Made by a program: the position numbers and the translations under genes
Notes under the pieces: generated by a model
Told to the model about the DNA's origin: nothing
What the model saw: the letters and a program-made list of their open reading frames with translations, nothing else
Databases searched by the model: none
Source: Puccinia triticina
Taxonomy: Eukaryota
Reading direction: 5' to 3'
Assembly: GCA_026914245.1 (NCBI GenBank)
Contig: CP110439.1
Location: 682,001-746,000 of the forward strand
Length of the DNA stretch: 64,000 nucleotides
In this document: positions 23,625-35,741 of the stretch, in pieces
Position numbering within the stretch: the stretch's first letter is position 1
Layout of the letters: each line of letters begins with the position of its first letter

Positions 23625-24637
23625 TTGGGAACACTGAGCCAAAAAAAAAGATCAATCGAGGTGGGTGAAACGGCGGCGGAGTGTCAGAGGTGTGACGTTG
23701 GCTGTTGGAAATGGTGGGATTGCCGGAATCGGGTGAGGGGGGGGGTCTGATGTGGGAGCCGCACTTCTAAATTTTTATGATGGCGGGGGGATGACCAGTA
23801 GCAGTTTATTGCTTCTGGTGGTTGTTTGTGTTGGGATTTTATGCTTAATTTTAAGTGTGAATATCCACCAGCAAGAAAATTTTTAGGGGTTCACCAGAAA
23901 CGTTTTATCCAATCGTGAACCCCCCTAATTGATCACTTGGTACCTTGTTCATTTACATAATGCATAGAAAGGAAAGATTGCGGAAGATATGTAAATGAGT
24001 AAGAAGAATCCTGGGGTCCTCGCTCCAAAAAATGGAAATTTCATTGATTTATTGAAAGTGAAGGAAGCGACCCCTGGCATAGCGTAGAAAGATGAAGAAA
24101 AATCGGGGCTTTCGGCCGGTCCAGGCTGAACGGATTTCCTCCGGGAAGGTGGGGCAAATGGCAGGCCTCCTTCGGAGGTTCGCTTCGCGCCACAGGCTGT
24201 ACCAGGGCCCTCCGAAGCGAGGGACTTCTGTTAAGTTAGGTGCATGTTGCACACTGCAACGGGGCAACATTGTTGCACACTGCAATGTTGCCCCGTTGCA
24301 GTGTCGTAATTATGGCGCGGCTGGTTAAACGTCAGGAACTTGTTAGACGAGCAAATGCACAGGTTGTTCCCCTTTGAGGTCGACATTTAAACAAGAGTCC
24401 AAAGTTTGTCACGATGCCAAAGAACAATAAATGTTTGGAGGCCGTTGAAGTGACCCGGTGGTGTAGCACACCACCCTACCAACATTTTCCAAAATTAGAA
24501 ATCCCTCAAAGACTTTATAGACTTTTTAAGAACCACCCACCGCTCCCCCCTCCTCCTCCCTTTCTCCAGACACCAATAAATCGCGTTAGATAATTTCCGA
24601 GACAGAACACAGTGAACTCACCCTACTTGTTAGCAAG

Positions 24638-26576
24638 ATGGCCTCGTCTGCTCCGCCTACCGCCTCCGATCACGACGGTTTGGTATCGAGGCCTGAAAAA
24701 GTTATCCATCTCACCTCCTCCCCATCCTCGCCGACTATGTCTTCTTCACCCAAATCCCTTACCAACGATGAAGATGATATACCAACGTTTGAATTATCCG
24801 AGTTTACTATCAAAGAGTTATTGGGCGCGATCCCTGCCCACTGTTTTGAACGATCCCTGTTCAAGAGTTCACTCTATGTCCTCAGAGACTCAAGCTTTAC
24901 AATCGCCCTGGTCTTCTTGGGCCGTCAGATCGACCCCAACTTCAACCGTGTCGATGGCCAACTTGTTAATGGCCGCGAGGGTGCTATTTTGAATTTTCTT
25001 GCTTGGGCTTTTTACGGCTATTGGATGGGTTTAGTTTGGATGGGTTCGTCCGTCTCATTCCTTGTCTCATCCTTATCCAGTTCTTTCGACCCTCACCTGC
25101 ATGCACAAGGCTCTTTGACTTGATTATTGGCTGGTAACGTTCTCTTGAATCGTCCATCGACATGAATAGGTTTCTGGGTCTTGGGCCATGAGTGTGGCCA
25201 TCACGCCTTCTCCCCTTACAATTCGATCAACCTCGCAGTTGGCTGGGTCTTGCACTCCGCCCTCCTCGTACCCTTTCACTCCTGGAGGATCACCCATGCC
25301 CAACACCATGCCGGGACATGCCACATGAAGCGAGAGCAAGCCTTCGTGCCTTGCACGCGCTCCCAGCTTGGACTACCTCCACTAGCAGACGGTTGCAGCA
25401 AGAAAGAGGTAGACGGGTCTCATCCCCCCAGCTTGTGAGTCAAAAGACCTAATTTGTTTCGACTTGCTTCCTATCTACACCTTGGTACTGCACAGCAGCT
25501 TAGTCTTTCCTGCGACATCTTTGTCCATTGTGTGACTACAGTTACGATAAAGTGGACGATCTACTCGTGGATGCTCCCCTCTGGGCTTTGTTTAAGTTGA
25601 TCATCCATCAGTCAATCGGGTTCACCACCTACCTATTGACCAATGCATCAGGCCAGAAGCATTATCCCCGTTGGTGGACGAATCGTAAGCGTTTTCTTCC
25701 TCGTCTCTCACATCTTTTTATTTATATCGTTTCCTGAGCTGGTTCATAATGATTGTTTTGCAAATATTTTCAATCTGCAGACTTGAACCCATACGCCATT
25801 ATGTTTGGCCCGCGCCATCGATCCCAGGTTTTGTGGTCGGATCTTGGTATTGCTATCACTATTAGCTGCTTGACTTATCTTGGCAAACATACCGATTTTT
25901 TGACGGTCTTCAAGTATTACATTGTACCCTACCTCATAGTTCATGTAAGTTATGCAAGTTCCAAGTTTAAGTGCTTTACTCGACCCTGACTTGTCAATAT
26001 CTAGCACTGGATGGTGTTGATTACTTTCTTGCAACACACCGATCCTTCGCTACCTCATTATCGCGAAGGAGCTTTCACCTTTCAACGTGGCGCAATTGCC
26101 ACCATGGACAGGTTAGCGTGTTTCACAATTTATAAACATGTGCGCAAACTGATCTCAATGGCCTTCATCACCCGTCTTTATCCAGAAAGATCCATGGCTT
26201 TTTCACCCATGGTTTGGCCGAAACCCATGTCGCTCACCACTTGTTCTCCAGGATCCCTCACTACAACGCCTGGGATGCAACCGATGCATTGAAAGTCAAG
26301 TTAGGTAAACATTACAATTCCTCAGACGAGAATTTTTGGTACAGCCTCTGGAAATGCTTCAGACAATGTCGCGTAAGTCCAATAAGTTTCTTAGAATAAA
26401 CGGTTATCCTTATCGGAACTGACTCTTTGAGGGTTTTCAAGTTTGTCGAAGACGAAGGTGATGTGGTATTCTACAAGAATGCCAAAGGCAAAGCTGCCAG
26501 ACGATATGTTCCGAGGGACATTATCAGCATCGATGCCAGCGACTCGGGCGTTGATGTAGACGAGTCTACCAAATAA
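24638..26576 (+). CDS. FAD2-family (delta-12/omega-type) fatty acid desaturase, copy A (~468 aa, 7 exons)
   Basis: His boxes HECGH, HAQHH, HVAHH; TFLQHTD. Exons 24638-25043, 25170-25434, 25542-25684, 25781-25944, 26005-26111, 26186-26372, 26442-26576 are in frame. Confidence 0.93.
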
Positions 26577-28140
26577 AATTCTTCATAGATCTCTCACTTC
26601 CACTCAACGTAGTAGTATTGAGGTTGATTTATCACGAGAAAATTTTCCTCCAATTAGATCCTCCATAAGTAGAACCAAGCTGAGGTGGAGCATTAAAATC
26701 CAACGCTAAAAGTTATACAGATCAAGAAAACGGTATATGCCGATTATCTAGTGCTAGGCTCTCGCCCTGCCTTCTGAGCTTTTGTCTATCTTGAAATCGC
26801 CCAGCGTTCCTTTTTCCTTTTCCTTGGTCTCAGTCACTGGTCTTATTCCCTCCAAAGTCTTTCACATATGTTAGCCGAGCTTGAAAACACATGCGTTGTA
26901 CCCCCGGAGCCCGAGGGTCCTCAGAAATGTCTCAAGCTTGCGCGAAAGAACCTTACCAAAGAGAGTCATTCAAAGCCTGAGTAACTTGGGGCGAATTTCG
27001 TTTTAATTTGGCAAGTAAATAAGAAGCTGGTGGCCTAAATCTTTCACCATTTCACTCGTTGAGCTCATGCCTTCTGCCCCAGTTCTGGGACATGTTTCAG
27101 GCTTGCACTGTAAAAAAAACCTCTTGCAGTTAAGCTAGCTGCAACCTGATTGCTCTGGGGCTGGCTGGACTGGGTCCATCCTAGCTGGGCCAACTGACCC
27201 CAAAAAGTGAGAGGATTCCAATGGTCCAGCTCTCAGACTTAACCTATGAATCTCGAAATTGTAGAAGTTACAACTTTCCCTCCCAATAGCTGTTGCCATG
27301 CTGGGTTCAGTACAGGATGAGACGTGAAAAAATGGTGGTGTCAAAATTTGGAAAACTCACAACTCACCCTCAAACTTCAAAGCCAGCTTTGGGAAGTGCT
27401 GTTGTATATATCCAATTGACAATGACATCCGGCAAGACCCGTGTTGTATGTAAACTAAGCCTGGAAGATTGATAGCCGACATCCCACCCCCTCTTCGTGT
27501 GAGAAGCTATAAGTTAAGCTAGGTTTTTTCCCCTGAGGGTTGTGTGAGCTGGACATCCATTTTTTTTTTCTCATGTTCCCGGTACTCCTATCAATATTCA
27601 GGATCCATCCAGCCATCACCCACTGTAGCTATGTATGGGTCAAGATTAAAGATTTTCTCTGTTCTGTCGATGTCCATCGTTCATCCTGTGAATCGACTAG
27701 TTACATATGGCTGTTTACGAGGCTGTTGTCGCGCCTCCTGAAGGTTTTTTTGCTGTTAAAATTAGGTTTATGAATGAAGACCCTCTGACAGTTTCGTCGT
27801 GCAAATTGCATAAAATCGCCGCGCCGACGTGGCCCGTTGCCAGTAATTTTGCATTCAAAAGCCACGGCCATCGAGGGCGTAGGCACCTTCCCAATCGCAA
27901 TCGTCATTTCCAATCGATTCTTGTTTTCTCGTCTCTGAGTGTTCGATCAGTAGCAAGGCTACCAAGCTTAGCACTCCCCCTTCCCCCGACATCTTCCGAC
28001 ATTAGAAATCCCTGATACTTAGACGTCGTAGACTTTCTTAAAGAACCACCTCCTCGGCCCCCCTTGCTCAAGCCACCCACATTTCGTGTTACCCAAACAA
28101 GCAAACCGAACCCAGCAATCCCGCCTCACTCAGCAGGAAG

Positions 28141-30057
28141 ATGGCCTCAACTGCTCTCCCTGCCTCATCCGATCACGACGGTTTGGTGTCTAGGCCTGGA
28201 AAAGTGATCCATCTCTCCTCCTCCCCCTCCTCGTCGACCCGGTCTTCCTCACCCGAATCGGACGGCATAGCAACATTCGAATTGCCCGAATTTACTATCA
28301 AAGAGTTACTCGGCGCGATCCCTGCCCACTGTTTCGAACGATCTCTCTTCAAGAGCTCACTGTATGTCGTCAGAGACTTGAGCTTCACACTCGCCCTGAT
28401 CTACCTGGGCCGTCAGATCGATCCCAACTTCAACAGTGTCGATGGCCAACTCGTTAGTGGCCGACCAGGTGCTATTTTGAATTTTCTTGGCTGGGCGTTT
28501 TACGGCTATTGGATGGGCTTAGTGTGGACCGGTTCGTCCTTCTCATCTCCTCCTATCTAGCTTCTTCCACCCTCACCTACCTGGGTCCACGAGGCTGTTT
28601 GACTTGATTATTCGCTACCTTGATCGCCCATTGACACGAATAGGTATCTGGGTCTTGGCCCATGAGTGCGGCCATCAATCCTTCTCCCCTTCCAAGTCGA
28701 TCAACAACGCCGTCGGCTGGGTCTTGCACTCCGCCCTTCTCGTACCTTTCCACTCCTGGAGAATCACCCACGCCCAGCACCATGCCGCGACCTGCCACAT
28801 GAAGCGCGACCAGGCTTTTGTGCCTTACACACGCTCCCAGCTTGGACTACCTCCACTTGCCGAAGGTTGCAGCAAGAAAGAGGTCGATGGGTCTCATCCC
28901 CCCAGCTTGTACGTAAATAGACCACTTTTTTTCACTTGCGTTTTATCTACACCTTGATAAACAGCTTAGTTTCTATTTCTTGTGATTGTGTGACCACAGT
29001 TACGATAGAGTGGACGATTTACTTGAGGATGCCCCCCTCTGGGCATTGTACAAGTTGATCATCCATCAGTCAATCGGGTTCGCCAGCTACCTACTGATCA
29101 ATGCGTCAGGCCAGAAGCACTATCCCCGTTGGTGGACAAATCGTAAGTTTCCCTCTTGCTGGTCTCATGTAACTTTCTCTTCATCATCACTTTCTTAGCC
29201 GGTTGATAACAATTGCTTGTTCTGAACTTCTCCAACGGCAGACTTCAACCCCTATGCCATCATGTTTGACGACCGTCACCGATCCCAAGTGGTGTGGTCG
29301 GATATTGGCATTGCTATCACCCTTAGCTGCGTGACTTATCTCGGCCAACAGACCGATTTTTTGACGGTATTCAAGTATTACATTGTCCCCTACCTCGTCG
29401 TTCATGTAAGTTCGCCAGTTTCAATTTCGAGTGTCTTGCTCAACACTGATTTGATTGATATTTAGCACTGGATCGTGTTGATTACTTTCTTACAACACAC
29501 TGATCCTTTGCTACCTCATTATCGCGAGGGAGCTTTCAACTTTCAGCGTGGCGCAATGTCCACCATGGACAGGTTGGCGTGTTTCTCAAGTTCTCTCTTG
29601 TATTGGATGTACGCAAAATGATCCCGATGGTCTGACTTAACCTTGTTTTATCCAGAAACATCCACGGTTTCTTCACCCACGGTTTGGCCGAAACCCATGT
29701 GGCCCACCACTTATGCTCCAAGATCCCCCACTACAACGCCTGGGAAGCAACCGACGCATTAAAGGCCAAGTTGGGAGAACACTACGCCTCCACGGATGAG
29801 AATTACTGGTACAGTTTATGGAAATGCTTCCGACAGTGTCGCGTAAGTTAATACTTTTTGCAGATGATATGGCTATGACTATCAAAACTGACCATCCGTG
29901 GCTATTTAAGTTTGTCGAAGATGAAGGCGATGTGGTATTCTACAAGGACGCCAGAGGCAAAGCTGCCCGACGATACGTGCCAAGGAACACTGGTAGCAGC
30001 AGTGTCAGCGACTCGGGCGTTGATGTAGACGGGTCTCCTAGAGAAAAATCATTATAG
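28141..30057 (+). CDS. FAD2: FAD2-family delta-12 fatty acid desaturase, copy B (~467 aa, 7 exons)
   Basis: Same His boxes and intron positions as copy A. Exons 28141-28531, 28644-28908, 29000-29142, 29242-29405, 29466-29572, 29656-29842, 29911-30057; canonical [12 protein letters not shown]. Confidence 0.93.
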
Positions 30058-31008
30058 AGAGTTCACTTTTAGACGCATCCACCTCGAGATTTGATGTTCT
30101 AAGTCCACTCGTTTTATACTAGTATCATGGTGGATTTATCAATCCAACCTTTTCTTCAATTAGATCCTTTGTGACTAGAACCAAGCTGAGCTGGAGAATA
30201 AAAATCCAAGGCTGCAAGCTAAACAGACGAACGCCATGTATGCCGATTTTCCCGTGCTAGACTCTCGCTTTTCCATTTCTTTGTTCATCTTGAAATCGTC
30301 CAGCATGCCTCGTTCCTTTTCCTTTGTCTCAGTCGCTGGTCTTATTCCCTACTCTTTCAGCCACGTTAGCCGAGCAATATCCCTTGAAAACCCAAGCATT
30401 GTGCCACAGGACCTTCCATCATTTGACTCGCCGAGCTTAAGGATCCTGAGACATGAGATAGGTTCGCAAAGAGACCTGTTCAAAGCTGGAATGACTTGGG
30501 CCCGGGTGGATTAAAAATCAGGAGCTGGTCGCCTAAATCTTACATCGTTTGAGTGGATGACTTCCCGTGGGCTAAAAAGCCAGATCTGTCAGGCCAGGTT
30601 AAACCTTACTGGCTGATGAGAACTTGATCTCAATCACTTTTCACCAGCCAGTAAAGTTTAGATCTGTGAAATTTTAGTCTGTGTTCGAACTCGGGCATGG
30701 AAATCCTGGGAGGATTTCTAATCCAGTATATAAGTGAGATGATCAACAGCTGGTGGTCGAAAACCCCACCTTCTAGTCTCTTGAAAACGGATGGGGAAAT
30801 GCTTTGCAGCGGCAAAGCCACCTTGGCATGGTGTAGTTGGAATTGATGGGACTGATTCACTCAACAATTACACTGACAAAAATCACTTGCTCTACTACAA
30901 TTTCAAACTTTTATAGGTCTAGATGGAACTTGAAGGAGGAAGAGATCTGCATGTAATAGGTCCAGCCATTGAGAACGGTCCACTTTGAAGACAAAGGCCA
31001 GGGGAAGC

Positions 31009-31566
31009 TTATTTCTTGAGGAATTGCACTTGGGTGCATGAATCCCACATTTTTTGGGGGCTTGATGAAACCTGCCATCGGGAGGGGTGTTAGATCACAT
31101 TGTTTATTATGTGTTGTTTAAAGATTGCAGATTCGAAACTCACCTCATTAACTTTACCCGGAGCGTTGCAACAATAGCCAGCGTCGGCAGGTGCCTTCTT
31201 TAAATCCACATCCTGGCAGGTAAATTTACCGCCAACTTGTTCGACAAAGCGCTCTGCACGATTGTGGCACAAGAATCATTGTTGTTTAGATACACCGGAG
31301 ATTAGCTCGATGATAACTACTTGAGTGATAGATTCAAAACCCCGATGAAACTTACTAAACATGGTTTTGCCTTTATTCACAGGGTCAGCGGCTTCTTGAG
31401 CGGTAAATGCTCTGACACAATAAGCATCTTTTCGGTCTGTAGGACCATTAGCAGCGGGACACGAAACTGATTTTGGTTGAAGTTGAGGAGTCTTTGTTGC
31501 CGCATAAGTGACTTGAGTGTTGATCAACAACACTGCGAATAAGACAAATAAACTGAAGCTTTGCAT
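31009..31566 (-). CDS. Small secreted 6-cysteine protein, candidate effector (~127 aa; exons 31566-31356, 31253-31144, 31071-31009)
   Basis: Signal peptide MQSFSLFVLFAVLLINTQVTYA; canonical GTAAGT/GTGAGT..CAG introns give a 384-nt CDS; Cys pattern C-C-FxC-YCC-C. Confidence 0.85.
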
Positions 31567-32287
31567 CCTGAGAACTTGGTGGTAATCTTTTATTTTGGAA
31601 ATTGGTTTGAAAATTTATAAAAATGATTTATTATGCGACTTGAAGATGAGGATGGAGGGTGAGGAATCATCAATGGCCGCAGGATCCTCTCCTTTTTATG
31701 CCTGCAGATTTTGGGTCTTGTCAAGTACAAAGTGCTTATGGCCCAGCGCTGATAGCTACTGCTTGCTTTGAGAAGTAAACAGCCGACGCCATCTTTTCTT
31801 GGTTGTCTAATGGATGCATTGCCGCCATGGGCTTCCAATATCGAAAGGTCAGATCTCGACTCCCGGTGTCCCCAGGCGAAGGACATCAGCCAAAATATGT
31901 TGGTAGCATTGGGAACAAGTATCACCATTTTCGAGAGGCTCGCTGGCGACAGAAGCTGCCGACTCGACTGGGATCCGGACGGAGAACGGTAGGGCTAACA
32001 ACCCCTCACTCCAATCGTCAACTGAAGACCGAGAGTTAATGAAGCAGCTGAGAAGCCAAGGGCCAGACAACCAAGTTGGAAGCGTTGTCTTCCAACTCCT
32101 TCCAACTGTTGCCTCGCGATAAATTAAGTAGCTCTCAAGCTCTCAGGCACCAATTATAAACAATGTGTTGAGTTGTCTGTTAGTCTGCTACCATGATGTA
32201 TCACCACAGTATGGAGGGCTGTTGGATCAACCCATGAGCACTACCAACCAACCACCCAGCTGGCAGCCACAAGTGTCTGTAGCCTAG

Positions 32288-33334
32288 CACCACCAGCAAA
32301 CGGCTGATGTAAACCGGATTTCGTTGCACTGACAAAATCCAAACTCAATTTCAAACTTGCGCCCCAGGTGTGTTGTCACCTGTTTTGGATTTCGTCACCT
32401 GCCATTCTCAGTGGCAGGTGCAAGAGAGCACAACTCCCTCGATGGCCGGTGCTAACCGGTCATCAAGGGGACATACACACCTAGCTCCCTTGATGGCCCG
32501 TCTGTACCGGCCATCAACAGGAACACCCTACACCCTCTTGAAACCTCTCGGTGCTGTGTATACACATCACCCTTGATGACCAGTCAGTAACAGCCATTGA
32601 GAGGAACATAATACACTCTTGATGGCCTGGACTGATTGGCCATCAAGAGGACATACACACCCCACTTGATGGCCCGTCAGTACCGGCCATCAAGAGGAAT
32701 ATACTACACTCTTGATGGCCTGCGCTGACTGGCCATCAAGAGTGTAGCGCTTTGCTCTCAATGACCAGTTGGGTCACTGTGCAAGATGCACATGTCCTCT
32801 CGATGGCCAATCAGTCCAGGCCATCAAAAGTGTATTATGTTCCTCTTGATGGCTGGTACTGACTGGTCATCAAGGGTGATGTGTATACACATCACCCAGA
32901 GGGTTTTGCTCTTGATGACCGGCCAGTACGGGCAATTGAGAGTTTGGTGTTTTTTTCTTGATGGCCGGTGCACTGACAGGCCATCAAGGGGTATGTGTAT
33001 CACCTCTTGATGGCCGGTTAGTAGCGGCCATCAAGAGTAAAAATGGTGCTTCACTCTTGCTGGCCGGTACTGACCGGCCATTGAGAGGGTGTAGGGTGTT
33101 CCTGTTGATGGCCGATACAGACGGGCCATCAAGGGAGCTAGGTGTGTATGTTCCCTCAATGACCGGTTAGCACCGGCCATCGAGGGAGTCGTGCTCTCTT
33201 GCACCTGCCACTGAGAATGGCAGGTGACGAAATCCACAACAGGTGACGACAAACCTGGGGCGCGAGTTTGGAATGGAGTTTGGATTTTGTGAGCGCAACA
33301 AAATCTGGTTTACGTCAGCCGTTTGCTGGCGGTG
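32288..33334. mobile_element. Non-autonomous CACTA/CMC-like foldback element (1047 bp)
   Basis: TIR CACC(A/G)CCAGCAAACGGCTGA; 3-bp TSD TAG; long inverted arms; interior made of ~42-bp CTTGATGGCC..GGCCATCAAG units. Confidence 0.85.
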
Positions 33335-35228
33335 TAGTTGGTAAAAGCAGCACTTGTATGTGTCTCAGCATAGCTGAGGTTGTGAGTTTGACTCTCACCA
33401 GACACATTTTCATTTTACAGTCTCAGCATAATGTTTGGTGATTATTTGGGAGATTTTTGAAATCTCCCTGTTTGTTCTTTCCACTATTTTTTCATTACAA
33501 TTTTGTTACCCAAATCACCTAGAGGAGGTGATTTGGACCAGAAAATTTTCAAAATTTTCATTTTGGGGCCAAGTACAGCCATACTGCAGATGTATTCAGC
33601 AGTACAACTGAGTTGTCATTGAATCTTGAATACACCACTGCATGGCAGTGGTTTTGAAAATTCTCTAGGGCCAATATCCCCTTCCAACCAGCAGCAATCC
33701 CTGTCCATCCCCCATATCAAATCCACACCAACAAACCACTGTGATTCCGTGATGAGTGCTCCAAATGGACAACCCTACACCCCCAGCAAGGCCAATCTCC
33801 AATACCAGTGCGCTTGTGGGTATATCCCCCAAACACCCAACCAGTTTTTGACCCCATATCACGCAGCCCCCCTGGCCCCTTGGTACCAGGGGGTCAAGGT
33901 AAGGGGGGAGTATTTGGTGATGGTTGGGCTTGTGGTTCTGGCAGGCGGCGGATGACAACTTGGTGGGGGGAAAGTGCTGTACTTTGGGAAGGCACCAGCG
34001 GTTTGTAATTGCACCTTCATTTGAGGCTTTTTTGAAACCATTTTGGGCTGGTATTCTGTGACCAAAAATGAAATTGTGCTGAATTCAAAAAAGTTTGGAA
34101 AAAGTTTCAAAAAAAACCCAAATATTGTTTATAATTGGTGCCTCAGTCTTCTCATAGATCTTGCTCAAAAGAAAAACAAGCCATTTTTTTTTCTTCTCTC
34201 TCTCTCTACCCGGCTGGCCCACCACGAGGCCATCGCCAGTTGCCCAGGCTAAAAATGTACATAGTAATGTATAAATCCAAGTTTAAAGACACAGATTTTC
34301 CAGAACCCTAAAAAAAACTCAAGGATTCCCCCTGTAAATACACAAAATGAGAGAAAAAATATCATGGGTTTCCCCATTGGACAAAAAACCAATGCAAAAT
34401 CTGCAACAATCAATATATGGATCAAAAACAAATAAATGTAGCTCTCTAAATTCTCAACCTAGCCTTCCAACATCAGCAGTGCTGTGCCCCAGGCTCAACC
34501 TCCAGCCTGCGTCAAGCGCGCAGGTCAAAAAGGTTGGACGTGAAGGCCTCTGGCCTTCAGCAAAGACTGCTGACCAGTGGGGGGAGAGAAAGAGAAAGAG
34601 AAAGTTTCATTTTGCGTACAGCTACCAGGAAGGTGTAGGGGTTCAGGCGCAAACCCCTGCGCCTTTGAAAAGAAGGGTGGGTGGGAGGTGTCTAATAAAT
34701 GAGACAAACCTGAAGTGGGCAGGTCTCTGATGGGCACGGAGAGGGGAAGTTCGGAGTGATGAGCTTGGGAACTTCTATTGCTGGGGGATTCATATATGAA
34801 TCTCCCAGGTGCATTTGCGCGTGTGTCTTTGCATGACTGAAGCAGCCCCAGCTCCGATCCATCAGGGCTTCCCACTTAGCCGCCTCCATGGACAGAGGGG
34901 AACTTGTGGTGCCCTGCTCGCTCCCCCGCAATCCATTTGGCTGTCATTATCTCACCTAGTACTTGCCCCGGAGCACTGTGAGTCTGTGGCGCAGCGCCCC
35001 GCGGCAAGTGCGGGATGGAGAGGTCAAGAAGGGGGGTCCCCTTCCTTGCCTTGACTAGGGAAGAGAAATGAGCCAGTTTCATTTTGTGTAGTTGATTTAC
35101 ATCACATTGTACAACAATCATTATTAAATTTTCATTGCATCACAGTGTTCTATTATCATAGATACCAGTTCAATTCATTGCCATAAGACTAGATTTCCTT
35201 TTTCTCGACCATATATGAGAATGAGAAG

Positions 35229-35741
35229 CAATGGTGGGCCAACGCGTTATGTTACAATATTGAGGCCTAAACGCGTAACACATCAACCGTTATTTTTAAG
35301 AAAAAGGTGTTAATTTTATCGAAAAAATATCAAATTTTTGATACTTTACGATAAATTACAATATGTTTTTGGCTGTATCTATGAAGAATGGCCAATATTT
35401 GCTGTTATTTAGGGTATTTTTGCGCATTTTTGCACCCGTGGGTGTTATAGTTAACTTATTTTATACACTTGATAATCTTAATTTTCTGTATTTATGGTGT
35501 TCAAAGTTGGTTTGCATAATTTTATGCATGCATAAATCATAAAATCATAAAAATATTTTGGTGAGGAAATTTTGTATTACATAATCAGACAGTCATATCC
35601 CCTGCAAAAAAGATTTTATGATTTTATGATTTATGCATGCATAAAATTATGCAAACCAACTTTGAACACCATAATTGTAACTTATTTTTCAATACTTTAC
35701 GATACTTTACGGTTACGGTTAACTGTAACGGCCCACCGTTG
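35229..35741. mobile_element. Non-autonomous TIR element with 7-bp flanking repeat (superfamily uncertain)
   Basis: TIR CAA(T/C)GGTGGGCC; TGAGAAG on both sides; hosts the MITE at 35495-35671. Confidence 0.7.
35495..35671. mobile_element. MITE with TA target (copy of 18528-18705)
   Basis: TA|TGGTGTTCAAAG...CTTTGAACACCA|TA. Confidence 0.88.

Larger units (their letters stand above)
18916..23926. mobile_element. Apparently autonomous PIF/Harbinger-superfamily DNA transposon (ANT target, Pangu-like), 5011 bp
   Basis: Perfect 20-bp TIR AGGGGGGTTCACGATTGGAT / ATCCAATCGTGAACCCCCCT; AAT TSD at 18913-15 and 23927-29; carries a DDE transposase and convergent accessory genes. Confidence 0.93.

Noticed and set aside
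32430..33190. CRISPR-like array of short palindromic repeats
   Set aside because: Eukaryotic context, degenerate units with similar spacers, no cas genes, and the array is bounded by TIRs and a TSD.
35025..35058. Helitron 3' end (hairpin followed by CTAG)
   Set aside because: CTAG is followed by G rather than T, the hairpin is imperfect and no 5' TC end or RepHel sequence was found.
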